Positions 35,997 through 45,888 of a stretch of 64,000 nt of DNA are shown one piece after another; positions within the stretch are counted from its first letter, which is position 1; every line of letters starts with the position of its first letter. The notes below the pieces were generated by a model, which did not search any database, had not been told where the DNA came from, and saw only the letters and a program-made list of their open reading frames with translations. Origin of the DNA: an uncultured Myxococcales bacterium (GTDB taxonomy: Bacteria; Myxococcota_A; Bradymonadia; UBA4248); NCBI GenBank assembly GCA_964454015.1, contig CAYVQF010000021.1, positions 13,890 to 77,889 on the forward strand. Reading direction: 5' to 3'. The position numbers and the translations under genes are program-made.

Positions 35997-38900
35997 GTGA
36001 TGGGCGACGGAATTTTCCTCAACGATCGTTACCGTATGGGTGACCTCCTGGGTGAGGGCGGCATGGGCCGTGTCTTCCGGGCTCAGGATCTCCGTCTCCA
36101 GCGCGACGTGGCGATCAAGTTCTTGCCACGCATCGACAAGGCGAGCATGGTCGAGCGCTTTCGCGCCGAAGCCATGGCCGTGGCCCGTCTGAATCACCCC
36201 AACATCGTGACGGTCTTCGACTACGATTACCTAGAGGGCAACCACGCGGCCCTGAGCGCTCTGGGTCTGTCGCAGAACCCGCCCTGCCTCCCCGGGGACG
36301 ATCTCGCTGGCGAGCTCCAGCGTGGCCAACCTTTCATCGTCATGGAGTATCTGCCGGGGAAGAGCATCCGCGAGGCCGAGCTCAGCGACGCCGTGGCCAT
36401 CCTCGACGTGGGGCTCGCCCTGTGCGACGCCCTCGACTACGCTCACCGCGAAGGGATCGTGCACCGCGACGTCAAGCCCGACAACATCCGCATCACCGAC
36501 GATGGGCGGGTGAAGCTCCTCGATTTTGGCATCGCCTCCTTCTGCCACCGGCGGCGGATCACCCTGGACGGCGAGGTCCTGGGCTCTCTGGTCTATATGT
36601 CACCCGAGCAGGCCCTGAGTGAGCCCATCGACGCCCGCTCGGACATCTACGCCCTGGGTCTGGTCCTGTACGAGTTGCTGGCAGGGCGGCTGCCCTTCGA
36701 TGTCTCCAGCCCCATGCGCTCCTTGGAGCAACGCACCTCGGGGACCTTGCCCGGCCTGCGCAAGTTTTGCCCCAAGCTGCCCCTGGCGTTGGAGCAGGTC
36801 TTGGCGCGGGCCTTGGCGCGCCAGCCCGAGGGGCGCTACGCGACAGCGAGCGACTTTGGCCAAGCCCTCCGCGAAGTGCGCGACGCCATGGCCCAGAGCA
36901 TGGCCAACGCCACGACCTTCGGCCGCTATGAGCTGATCAAGCTCTTGGCCGTTGGCGGCATGGGGGAGATCTACCTGGCCCGCGTCAAGGGCCCCGCCAA
37001 CTTTGAGAAGCGCTGCGTCATCAAGAAAATCCTGCCGCATCTGGCCACCGAAGAGGAGTTCGTCACCAAGTTCATCGACGAAGCCAACACGGTGGTTCAG
37101 CTCACCCACGGCAACATCGTGCCGGTCTTCGACATGGGTGAGCACCAGGGGGAATACTTCATCGCCATGGACTACATCCCTGGCGTCAACCTGCGCACCC
37201 TGCTCAAGGCCCGGGCGCAGCGCCAGAGTCCTCTGCCGGTGGCCATGTGCATCCACCTCCTCTGTGAGGTGTGTAAGGGTCTGAGCTACGCCCACCGCAA
37301 ATGCGGCACCGACGGTCAAGCCCTGGGGATCATCCACCGCGACATCAGCCCCTCGAACATCTTGGTCTCTCTCGAAGGAGAAGTGCGGCTCGTCGACTTT
37401 GGCATCGCCAAAGCGACCTCGCGGATCACCCGCAGCGTGACGGGTCGCCTGCAGGGCAAGTTCGGCTACATGAGCCCTGAGCAAGCCAGTGGCGCCCCCC
37501 TCGATCTGCGCTCGGACATCTTCTCGGCTGGCGTCGTTCTCTACGAATGCCTGACCGGCGCCCGTCCTTTCGAAGGGGAGTCAGACCTGGCCTCCCTCGA
37601 GGCCGTCAAGAGTCACGAGGCGGCGGCACCCAGCACGTTGCGCCCAGGGATCGCCAAGGAGCTCGACCAGATCGTCGCCAAAGCGCTGGCCAAGAAGCCA
37701 GCGGATCGTTTCGCCAATGCCGACGACTTCCTCGACGCGTTGCTGAAGTTTTTGGTGACCACGGGCCAACATGTGACGCCGCAGGACCTGGCCAAAGAGG
37801 TCGCCGCCGACATGGACGGCGGCGACGACGCCATGGGCGGCGCTGCCTGCCTCGACGCCTTGCTCGGGCAGGAGGTTGACAGGCTCATCGCCGCAGAGCG
37901 GCGCCAGAGCGCGCAGACGCTGACGGCAACGGCCGACTCGAACCGCACGAACGACGGCGCCGCGCTCCTCGCCCCGCTCAGCGAAGAGGACACGGCGACC
38001 CTCTCGTCACCGGGGCAGACCCCTACGGCGCCACCACGCGATGAGCCTAGCCCTGCCCCCAAGCGCCAGGGCTCGCGTCGGTGGCGGTGGTTGGCGGCCC
38101 TGCTGCTCGTGGGGCTGGTGCTCTTCCTCGGGCAACAGTGGCTGGCCCAACGCAGCGGTCAAGCGCCTCAGCAGATCACGCCTGCGGCGGCGGCCGCCGC
38201 TGCGGCGCCGGAGGTGGATCCAGAAGAAGCCGACGTGGAGCCACCCCAGGTCCCGGCCCAGACTGAACCCGTCGCGCGCTGGCACAGCTTCGACTTCGTC
38301 ACCAGCCCGGAAGAAGCGCTGATGGTCGTCCAATCGGGGCTCGCCGATGTGGACCACAGCGCCGATCTGGTGCGCCTCAACACGAGTCGCCAGGCGTCGC
38401 TGACCTTCTCCGCCGAGGGATATGCGGCCTGCACGCTGGACTTGCAACTCGCGCCCCTGATGGGCGAGCCCGTGCAGGTGCCCGTCCTGCACGCCAAAGG
38501 CTGTCTCAGCGCCTATATCGCCGGGGGATCCCCCCTGCCCGATGGCACACTGAGCATCGCCGTGCAGCTCGCCAAGCTGGACGTGGTGGTCGAGGTTGCG
38601 CCGCCCGACAGCGGCGAGGGCAGCGTTGCCAATGGTTCTTCCCGCAGGGATGGCAACGGCAAGCGGCCCAAGGAGGGGGAGCGCAGCCCGCGGGCGCTGG
38701 CCGTGACGGTGCGCTCCAACGTCGAGGCGACGGTCAGCCTCGGTGATCGCAGTGGTGCGGCGCCCTTCACGGCGCAGGTCAACCGCGGCCAGGACGCCGT
38801 GCAGATCAAAGTGACGCCGCGCGGGCTGGGGCTGCCTTGGCAGCGCAGCTTCGATCCGGCGAGCGTAGAGCGCGGCTTGGAGCAGACGGAGATGGAGGCG

Positions 38901-39161
38901 CGTTTCTGCCCGGTGGTGGTACACGTGGTGGAGCCGCGCATCCCCGACGATCCAGCGCCTTATGGCGTGGCAGACGTCTACGTGGGTGAGGCGTTGATCG
39001 CGCGCGGGGTTTCGCGGGCTTCCTTCGTGGTGCCCTGTGGGCGGCACAAGGTCAGCTTGCGCTATCGCGGCGACGACGTGGAGTTGCAGGGCGAAGCGTT
39101 GGTGGACGCCAGCAGCGACAAAGCAGCCAGCGCCTCGATCGCCATGCAGCGGGTCCGATAA
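35997..39161 (+). CDS. Membrane Ser/Thr protein kinase with two tandem kinase domains and C-terminal PEGA-like extracytoplasmic region
   Basis: Domain 1 has GEGGMGRVF, VAIKFL, HRDVKPDN and DFG. Domain 2 has GGMGEIYLA, VIKKIL, HRDISPSN and DFG. A TM helix WRWLAALLLVGLVLFLG follows, and the C-terminus carries a PEGA-like VYVGEALIARGVSRASFVVPCGRHKVSLRY. Confidence 0.8.
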   Translation: MMGDGIFLNDRYRMGDLLGEGGMGRVFRAQDLRLQRDVAIKFLPRIDKASMVERFRAEAMAVARLNHPNIVTVFDYDYLEGNHAALSALGLSQNPPCLPGDDLAGELQRGQPFIVMEYLPGKSIREAELSDAVAILDVGLALCDALDYAHREGIVHRDVKPDNIRITDDGRVKLLDFGIASFCHRRRITLDGEVLGSLVYMSPEQALSEPIDARSDIYALGLVLYELLAGRLPFDVSSPMRSLEQRTSGTLPGLRKFCPKLPLALEQVLARALARQPEGRYATASDFGQALREVRDAMAQSMANATTFGRYELIKLLAVGGMGEIYLARVKGPANFEKRCVIKKILPHLATEEEFVTKFIDEANTVVQLTHGNIVPVFDMGEHQGEYFIAMDYIPGVNLRTLLKARAQRQSPLPVAMCIHLLCEVCKGLSYAHRKCGTDGQALGIIHRDISPSNILVSLEGEVRLVDFGIAKATSRITRSVTGRLQGKFGYMSPEQASGAPLDLRSDIFSAGVVLYECLTGARPFEGESDLASLEAVKSHEAAAPSTLRPGIAKELDQIVAKALAKKPADRFANADDFLDALLKFLVTTGQHVTPQDLAKEVAADMDGGDDAMGGAACLDALLGQEVDRLIAAERRQSAQTLTATADSNRTNDGAALLAPLSEEDTATLSSPGQTPTAPPRDEPSPAPKRQGSRRWRWLAALLLVGLVLFLGQQWLAQRSGQAPQQITPAAAAAAAAPEVDPEEADVEPPQVPAQTEPVARWHSFDFVTSPEEALMVVQSGLADVDHSADLVRLNTSRQASLTFSAEGYAACTLDLQLAPLMGEPVQVPVLHAKGCLSAYIAGGSPLPDGTLSIAVQLAKLDVVVEVAPPDSGEGSVANGSSRRDGNGKRPKEGERSPRALAVTVRSNVEATVSLGDRSGAAPFTAQVNRGQDAVQIKVTPRGLGLPWQRSFDPASVERGLEQTEMEARFCPVVVHVVEPRIPDDPAPYGVADVYVGEALIARGVSRASFVVPCGRHKVSLRYRGDDVELQGEALVDASSDKAASASIAMQRVR

Positions 39162-39498
39162 AAACGGACCGAGGGGTGGAATAAGAAAATTGCCGCTGGA
39201 CTTATGTCGTAACGTGCGCAAATTGCCTGCCGGTTCAGCCGACGGGTCAGGCGATGGGTGGCTGCCAGACGTCGATGTAGGTGTTAATCGCCTATTCAAC
39301 ACGTCACCATCTTGCCAAGGCCAGAGAGATGGTTAAGATGTCGGGCGAAGTGGCTGACCACTTTGTGAGTGTATTGCGATCGTCCTTTGAGGCGCTGTTG
39401 ACGTGGTATGTGCGACGGCGTTTTTTGTTCCGAGACCAACGGCTCGCGGTCTAAACAGCGAAATGGGCGGGCCTTTTCTTATGCCAAGGAGAAACGTG

Positions 39499-40104
39499 AT
39501 GAAGAAAGTTGCATTGGTAGTGGCGCTTGTTCTCGGTTTTGCGGTGGTGGGCGCGGGTACGGCATCTGCGAAAGACATGAGCGGTCGTTTGGGCGTCGGC
39601 GCCGATTCTACGCTGGGCTGGGGCTACGTGGCCCAGGATTCCGCGATGGGTCCGATGAATCAGGGCCTGTCCATCGTCTACCAGGTTTCGAAAATGTTCG
39701 GCCTCCAGCTCATCGCCTCGGTGGGTTTCGGCATGGCCTCTGACGACGACGTCGACTACTCGGCCAATTACTGGGGCGTCTCGGTGCGCGGCCTGGTGCC
39801 CATCGCTTTCACCAACGACGTGAACCTCAACGCGGTGGTGGGTTTCAGTGTGGCCGGCTCGGGTTGGGCCATGGAATCTGAGGCCGGTGATGTGGACGGC
39901 TCTAAGACCCACATTTGGTTCGACCTCGGTCTCCGCCCCGAGTGGTTCATCACGGATCACTTCAGCATCCACACCCAGGTCGGCGTGGCCATCTCGCTGT
40001 TGAATGAAGACAACATCGGCCTCGAGGATGGCTCTGGCGTGTCCTTCAACATCTTTGGCAACCCGCACCTCCTTGGCAACGCCGGCTTCACCTTCTACTT
40101 CTGA
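39499..40104 (+). CDS. Outer-membrane beta-barrel protein (OmpW/OmpA-like small barrel)
   Basis: Signal peptide MKKVALVVALVLGFAVVGAGTASA. Alternating amphipathic beta-strands. C-terminal aromatic FTFYF. Good RBS AAGGAGAAACGTG. Confidence 0.6.
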   Translation: MKKVALVVALVLGFAVVGAGTASAKDMSGRLGVGADSTLGWGYVAQDSAMGPMNQGLSIVYQVSKMFGLQLIASVGFGMASDDDVDYSANYWGVSVRGLVPIAFTNDVNLNAVVGFSVAGSGWAMESEAGDVDGSKTHIWFDLGLRPEWFITDHFSIHTQVGVAISLLNEDNIGLEDGSGVSFNIFGNPHLLGNAGFTFYF

Positions 40105-40370
40105 GCCGCACGCGCTACGTGAGTCGCCGTCAGTGACGGCGTGAGCAAAGGCCGATGACTGCGTCATCGGCCTTTGCTCTTTGCTGTGACGAGTGGTCGC
40201 GAGATGCTGACGTAGTCTGCGTGGAATTGTCGGCCCGACTTGTGCTAAGGATGAATAGTGGCGTGCCGTACCGACGTCTCTGACCGCAACCGGTGGTGGC
40301 TTCGGCCGACACGCCCCCATTTTCCCGCACCCTAGGTCTCGAGGGACCCACGCCGCCGCGGAGTACCATC

Positions 40371-42344
40371 ATGCGCGCACTGTCCACGCCCCCCCCAGTC
40401 CCCCCTAGACCACGCTTCAACCTGCTGTGGCTACTCATCATCCTTGGGGTTTACGCGTTGTTTTCCGCTTCCGGATGCCGCATGCTGGATCGGCTGATGG
40501 GCAACACCGGCGCCCCGTGCAGCACGGACGACAACTGCGCCACGGGCTTGGTGTGTCTGACCGAGTTCCCAGGGGGCTACTGCTCCATGCAGACCTGCTC
40601 CCAGGGTGGCTGCCCTGGCATGTATGCCACCTGTGCCATGTTGGATGCTTCCCGCAATGTCACGGCGTGCGTGGAGGGGTGCAACTCCAACATCGACTGC
40701 AGGCAGGGCGAAGGCTACGTCTGCGCCGATCTCGACGGGTCGCGCGGCTGTATGCCGGCGCAGCAATCCACGGGTAGTGCCGGCGAGATCGGCTCGAGCT
40801 GCACCCGTGACAGCGATTGTTCAGGCGACCTGACCTGCCTCACGAACTTCGTCTTTGGCTATTGCTCCCGCGCCTGCTCCAGCCACAACGACTGCGGTAG
40901 CGACGGCCGCTGCATCAACCAGGGTGGCGATGTGATGCGCTGTATGCGGGCGTGCCAGAACAACAGCCAGTGCCGCTTCTCCTATGCCTGCCAGCAGGTG
41001 GACGGGCAGAATGTGTGTGATGCCGATGATTCGTCTACAGCGGTACGCAACCCCAACGGCACCCCGGACGGCCAGGGCTGTACGGTGGACGTGGCCTGTG
41101 TGGGCGGTACCTGCATCACCGGGACGGACTTCCCCGGCGGTTATTGTACGACCCGCAGTTGCGACGTCGTGGGCTGCTCCGACGCCAACTCGGTCTGCGT
41201 CGGTTTGGAACGCGAGGCGCTGTGCTTCGTTCGCTGTGAAGATAGCGCACAGTGTCGTGAGGGCTACCGCTGCACCTCACTGGATACGGGCGAGAAGGTG
41301 TGCTACGCCCTGTCCCCGATCCGGGCACCGGAGATCGAGGGCGGGGCTATCGAGATCCGCTGTGATGCCACCTCGTCCGGGCGGGTGCGCACGGCGACCT
41401 TCGAGTTGCCGGCAGGGAGCGTGGGCTTTGCCATCGTGCCCTTCAGCCCCGCCAACAGCGAGGTGACCCCGCTGCGCCTGCGCGCGCCCGACGGTTCGGT
41501 GCTCAACTTTGCTCAAGACTATAGTTTCCAGACGATCAACTCGCTGCTCTTGGGGACCATCGTCCCGATGTCATTCCCGGGCGCACCGGCCTTCGAACGC
41601 TTCATCCAGGCGGGTACCTATCGCTTCGAATACGAGACGGATGACGCCAGCTCTTGCTACTTCGTGGTGCCCCAGGCTTCCGTGGGTCGGCAGCTCGATC
41701 TGAACTTCTACTTCGTCGGCGTTCCTGGCCTCAACGCGGGCAACGCGGCGAGCCACACCCAGTTCCAAGCGACCATGCAGGAGGTGCGGACCATTTTCAA
41801 CAACGCGTCCATCACGATCGGCACGGTGCGGACCTTCGACATCAGCGGCGACAACGCCACCCGCTACAGCATGATCCGGGATTTCAGCGACATTTACCGT
41901 CTCCTCGCCCTGAGCAGCGCCCCGGGCCCGAGCCGCGATGAAGCGCTGAGTCTCAATGTCTTTCTCATCAACGATTTCAACATCGCCGGCCTGCCTGGTC
42001 TCTTGGGTTTGTCAGCAGGGATCCCTGGGGTACCGGGCGTCCATGGCAATGGCGGCGCCGGACTGGTTTTCAGCAGCGTCAACTTGCGCGATGCCCCCAC
42101 CGCCCTGGGACAGACCTTGGCACACGAGGCGGGTCACTTCTTGGGCCTGCGGCACACGAGCGAGCGCGGCGGCACGGAGTTCGATCCTTTGGATGACACG
42201 CCGCGCTGCAACAACCCGGAGAACCCCTACTCCTGCCCCGACGTGAACAACTTGATGTTCCCCTTCAGCGTCGACGTCGAGCAGCGTCAGATCACGACCA
42301 ACCAACGTTTCGTCATTCAGCGCAACCCACTGGTCAAGCCTTAG
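40371..42344 (+). CDS. Lipoprotein metzincin metalloprotease with about seven N-terminal myxococcus-type cysteine-rich repeats
   Basis: Lipobox LFSASGC. Repeats follow the pattern C-x-DxDC-x-G-x-C...(F)PGGYC...C. The C-terminus has HEAGHFLGLRH (HExxHxxGxxH zinc site). Confidence 0.75.
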   Translation: MRALSTPPPVPPRPRFNLLWLLIILGVYALFSASGCRMLDRLMGNTGAPCSTDDNCATGLVCLTEFPGGYCSMQTCSQGGCPGMYATCAMLDASRNVTACVEGCNSNIDCRQGEGYVCADLDGSRGCMPAQQSTGSAGEIGSSCTRDSDCSGDLTCLTNFVFGYCSRACSSHNDCGSDGRCINQGGDVMRCMRACQNNSQCRFSYACQQVDGQNVCDADDSSTAVRNPNGTPDGQGCTVDVACVGGTCITGTDFPGGYCTTRSCDVVGCSDANSVCVGLEREALCFVRCEDSAQCREGYRCTSLDTGEKVCYALSPIRAPEIEGGAIEIRCDATSSGRVRTATFELPAGSVGFAIVPFSPANSEVTPLRLRAPDGSVLNFAQDYSFQTINSLLLGTIVPMSFPGAPAFERFIQAGTYRFEYETDDASSCYFVVPQASVGRQLDLNFYFVGVPGLNAGNAASHTQFQATMQEVRTIFNNASITIGTVRTFDISGDNATRYSMIRDFSDIYRLLALSSAPGPSRDEALSLNVFLINDFNIAGLPGLLGLSAGIPGVPGVHGNGGAGLVFSSVNLRDAPTALGQTLAHEAGHFLGLRHTSERGGTEFDPLDDTPRCNNPENPYSCPDVNNLMFPFSVDVEQRQITTNQRFVIQRNPLVKP

Positions 42345-42529
42345 CCCCTTCACGAGGCTAACAGAGCGACATCCTTGCCGCGGCGACGCGTTCTGGGGCT
42401 CCGGCGCTGGCGCGGACCGATGCTGCCTGGACATTGGAGCCGTCACTCGTTAGAAAGGCGACGTTCATGGCCGCCGCGCTCGAGGCGGCGTGGCCCGACA
42501 TGACTCCCTTTTGGTGTGGGTGATAGACG

Positions 42530-45500
42530 ATGACGGACTCGAAGAATCGCGGCTATGAGAAGGTCGAAACGTGGATCGACTTGGTGGCCAATGAGCACGA
42601 GGTGCTGGCCTATTGGCAGCAGGAAGGCATCTTCGACAAGTTGCGCGCGCGCAATGCCGACGGCGAGGTCTTCTCTTTCCTCGACGGTCCCATCACCGCC
42701 AACAACCCGATGGGTGTCCATCACGCCTGGGGGCGCACGCTGAAGGACGCCTTTCAGCGCTTCCACGCGATGCACGGGCGCGCCTTGCGTTATCAAAATG
42801 GCTTCGACTGCCAAGGCCTGTGGGTCGAGGTGGAGGTCGAGAAGGAGCACGGGTTCCGCTCGAAGAAGGAGATCACCGACTTCGGGATCGACCGCTTCGT
42901 CGAGGCCTGCAAGGCGCGCGTGCGCAAGTACTCCGCCGTGCAGACGGAACAATCCATTCGCTTGGGGATGTGGATGGATTGGGACGACTCCTACTACACC
43001 ATGTCCGATGAAAACAATTATTGCATCTGGACTTTCCTGAAGAAGTGCTTCACCCGGGGCAAGATCTATCGCGGCTCCGACGTGATGCCTTGGTCGGGTC
43101 GCTCGGGTTCGGCTTACTCACAGATGGAGGTCATCGAGGGGCGCAAGCTGGTGGCCCACACCTCTCTCTTCGTCAAGTTCCCCCTCCGCGAACGCCCAGG
43201 CGAAAACCTTTTGGTGTGGACCACGACGCCGTGGACGCTCACATCCAACGTGGCCGCGGCGGTCAACGTCGATCTGGATTACATCAAGTTGCGTTCGCGT
43301 CGCGACGGCGAGCTTTTCTATTTCGCGGCAGAGAACCTCAACTTCAAGCGCCTCGACAAGCAGTACAAAGAGAAGCGCTGGGTCGACGGGGTCCCGCGCC
43401 TCAAAACCATCGCCCAGATCTTCAATGAGCGCGGTGGCTTCGATCTGGAAGGCACGGTCAAGGGCGCCGATCTCGTGGGCCTGAGCTACGTCGGCCCCTT
43501 CGACGAATTGGAAGGGGCACAGCTCCCTGGCGGCTTTCCCTTCACCAACGCCGCCGTTGCCGACAGCGCCGTGACCGCGCACCGAGTCATCGACGGTGGT
43601 CGGGACTCGCACGGTGGCGCCGTGGTCGTGGCGGGCGAAGGTACGGGCATCGTGCACATCGCCCCGGGTTGCGGCGACGTCGACCACGAGCTGGGGGTGA
43701 AGCTTGGCCTCCCCATGGTCGCTCCCCTCGACGAAGCGGCGGCTTTCTTGCCACCCTTTGGCTTCCTCGCGGGTAAAAACGCCACTGCCCCTGAGACGGT
43801 GGAGCTCATCGTCAACTATCTGAAAGAGCGGGGCACCCTGGTCGCGACGGAGCTCTACCCTCACGTCTATCCCCACTGCTGGCGTTCTGGCGAAGAGCTG
43901 GTCTTCAGGATGGTCGACGAGTGGTACATCAAGATGGATTGGCGCGACGAGATCATCAAAGTGGTGGACGACATCCGCTGGATCCCGGACTACGGCCGGG
44001 ACCGTGAGATCGAGTGGCTGACCAACATGCGCGACTGGATGATTTCCAAGAAGCGCTTCTGGGGTTTGGCCCTACCCATTTGGGTCTGTGAGAAGTGCGA
44101 GCACTTCGAGGTGATCGGCTCACGGGAAGAGCTGCAAGAACGCGCCGTAGCGGGCTGGGACGTCTTCGACGGCCACTCTCCCCACCGACCGTGGATCGAC
44201 GCCGTGAAAATCGCCTGCAGCCAATGCGGGGCCCAAGCCAGCCGCGTCGAAGACGTGGGCAATCCCTGGCTCGACGCCGGGATCGTGCCCTATTCGACGG
44301 TTCACTATCGCTCGGACCGCGACACTTGGCGGAAGTGGATCCCTGCAGACCTGGTCCTGGAATGCTTCCCGGGTCAGTTTCGCAACTGGTTCTATTCCCT
44401 CCTCGCCCTGAGCACCATGATGGAGGGGATCGCCCCCTTCAAGAACCTCTTGGGGCATGCCTTGGTCCGTGACGGCGAAGGCAAAGAGATGCACAAGTCC
44501 ACGGGGAACGCCATCTGGTTCAACGACGCCGTCGAAGAGGTGGGCGCCGACGTGATGCGCTGGCTCTACGTGTGGCAGAACCCGGTGGTGAACTTGAACT
44601 TCAGCATCGGCGATGGCGACAGCAACGCGAGCGGGGCCTGCCGCTCGCTGCGCGAGGTGCGCGGCGGCTTCATCAATACCCTCTGGAACACTTACGCCTT
44701 TTTCACCAACTACGCTCGCCTGGCGAGTTGGCGTCCGGGCGAGGGCGAAGCGCTGCCCTTTGCGGCGCGCCCCGAGTTCGACCGCTGGATTCTGACGGAG
44801 CTGCAGCAAAGCATCGGCGAGTGCCGCGCGGGCTTCAACGACTACGACACGCGGCGCGCCGCCATCGCCATCGAGGCTTTCGTCGATGACCTGTCGAACT
44901 GGTACGTGCGCCACAACCGACGGCGTTTCTGGAAGACCGAAGGCGACACGACCCAGTCCAACGCCGCCTTCGCTACCCTGTGGACCTGCCTCTATGACCT
45001 GACCCGGCTCATCGCGCCGATGATGCCCTTCTTGGCCGAGACCATGCACGCCAACCTGGTGCGCAGTGTCCTGCCCGATGCACCGTCTTCGGTGCACCTC
45101 GAGAGCTACCCCCAGGAAGACCCGGCGCTGGTCGATGAGAGCCTGCGCGACGAGATGCGCGCCATCATGCGGATCACCAGCCTGGCCCTCTCGGCCCGGG
45201 ACTGCCAGAAGCTCAAGGTGCGGCAGCCGCTCGCCAAACTGACCATTGGCCCCAACGACGCCGTGGAGCACCAAGCGGCCCTGCGCTTCACGTCCATGTT
45301 GTTGGAAGATCTCAACGTCAAGACGCTGCACGTCGAAGCGCCCGGGACCCCGAGCCCGCTGAGCTACGAAATCAAGCTCAACTTCAAGACCCTGGGTCCG
45401 CGCTATGGCAAGCAGATGAAGGCCATCAGCGCCGCCCTGGAGTCGGTGCGTGAGCCGTTGCTGGCCGCGGTCAAGGCCGAGTCCCCCTACACCTTCTTCG

Positions 45501-45883
45501 TTGAAGGCGGCCAGGTCACCCTCGACAAAGAAGACGTGCTCTTGGTCGCCCAAGCGTCACCGGACCTCGCCGTCGCTGAAGAGAAGGGGACCTGGGTCGC
45601 CCTGGACACCCACCTCGACGACGCGCTGCGGACAGAAGGGATGATGCGCGACCTCCTGCGCCGGCTGCAAATGCTGCGCAAGGAGATCGGCTTGGAGGTC
45701 GAAGACCGCATCGCCGTGCATTGGCACAGCACCTCCCCGGCCCTCCAAGCGGTCTTCGCGACCTGGGATGCCTACATCGCGGACGAGCTCTTGGCGCAAC
45801 TCGAAGCACAACCCGAGGGCGACGGCGGACACCACCTCGACATCGAAGGTGAGCGTCTGTGGCTTCGCATCACGAAAATCTGA
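42530..45883 (+). CDS. ileS: Isoleucine--tRNA ligase, type 2 (eukaryote-like)
   Basis: 1117 aa. HIGH-region PMGVHHAWG. KMSKS variant EMHKSTGN. An editing domain is present. Length and C-terminus fit type-2 IleRS. Confidence 0.8.
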   Translation: MTDSKNRGYEKVETWIDLVANEHEVLAYWQQEGIFDKLRARNADGEVFSFLDGPITANNPMGVHHAWGRTLKDAFQRFHAMHGRALRYQNGFDCQGLWVEVEVEKEHGFRSKKEITDFGIDRFVEACKARVRKYSAVQTEQSIRLGMWMDWDDSYYTMSDENNYCIWTFLKKCFTRGKIYRGSDVMPWSGRSGSAYSQMEVIEGRKLVAHTSLFVKFPLRERPGENLLVWTTTPWTLTSNVAAAVNVDLDYIKLRSRRDGELFYFAAENLNFKRLDKQYKEKRWVDGVPRLKTIAQIFNERGGFDLEGTVKGADLVGLSYVGPFDELEGAQLPGGFPFTNAAVADSAVTAHRVIDGGRDSHGGAVVVAGEGTGIVHIAPGCGDVDHELGVKLGLPMVAPLDEAAAFLPPFGFLAGKNATAPETVELIVNYLKERGTLVATELYPHVYPHCWRSGEELVFRMVDEWYIKMDWRDEIIKVVDDIRWIPDYGRDREIEWLTNMRDWMISKKRFWGLALPIWVCEKCEHFEVIGSREELQERAVAGWDVFDGHSPHRPWIDAVKIACSQCGAQASRVEDVGNPWLDAGIVPYSTVHYRSDRDTWRKWIPADLVLECFPGQFRNWFYSLLALSTMMEGIAPFKNLLGHALVRDGEGKEMHKSTGNAIWFNDAVEEVGADVMRWLYVWQNPVVNLNFSIGDGDSNASGACRSLREVRGGFINTLWNTYAFFTNYARLASWRPGEGEALPFAARPEFDRWILTELQQSIGECRAGFNDYDTRRAAIAIEAFVDDLSNWYVRHNRRRFWKTEGDTTQSNAAFATLWTCLYDLTRLIAPMMPFLAETMHANLVRSVLPDAPSSVHLESYPQEDPALVDESLRDEMRAIMRITSLALSARDCQKLKVRQPLAKLTIGPNDAVEHQAALRFTSMLLEDLNVKTLHVEAPGTPSPLSYEIKLNFKTLGPRYGKQMKAISAALESVREPLLAAVKAESPYTFFVEGGQVTLDKEDVLLVAQASPDLAVAEEKGTWVALDTHLDDALRTEGMMRDLLRRLQMLRKEIGLEVEDRIAVHWHSTSPALQAVFATWDAYIADELLAQLEAQPEGDGGHHLDIEGERLWLRITKI

Positions 45884-45888
45884 GGCCG

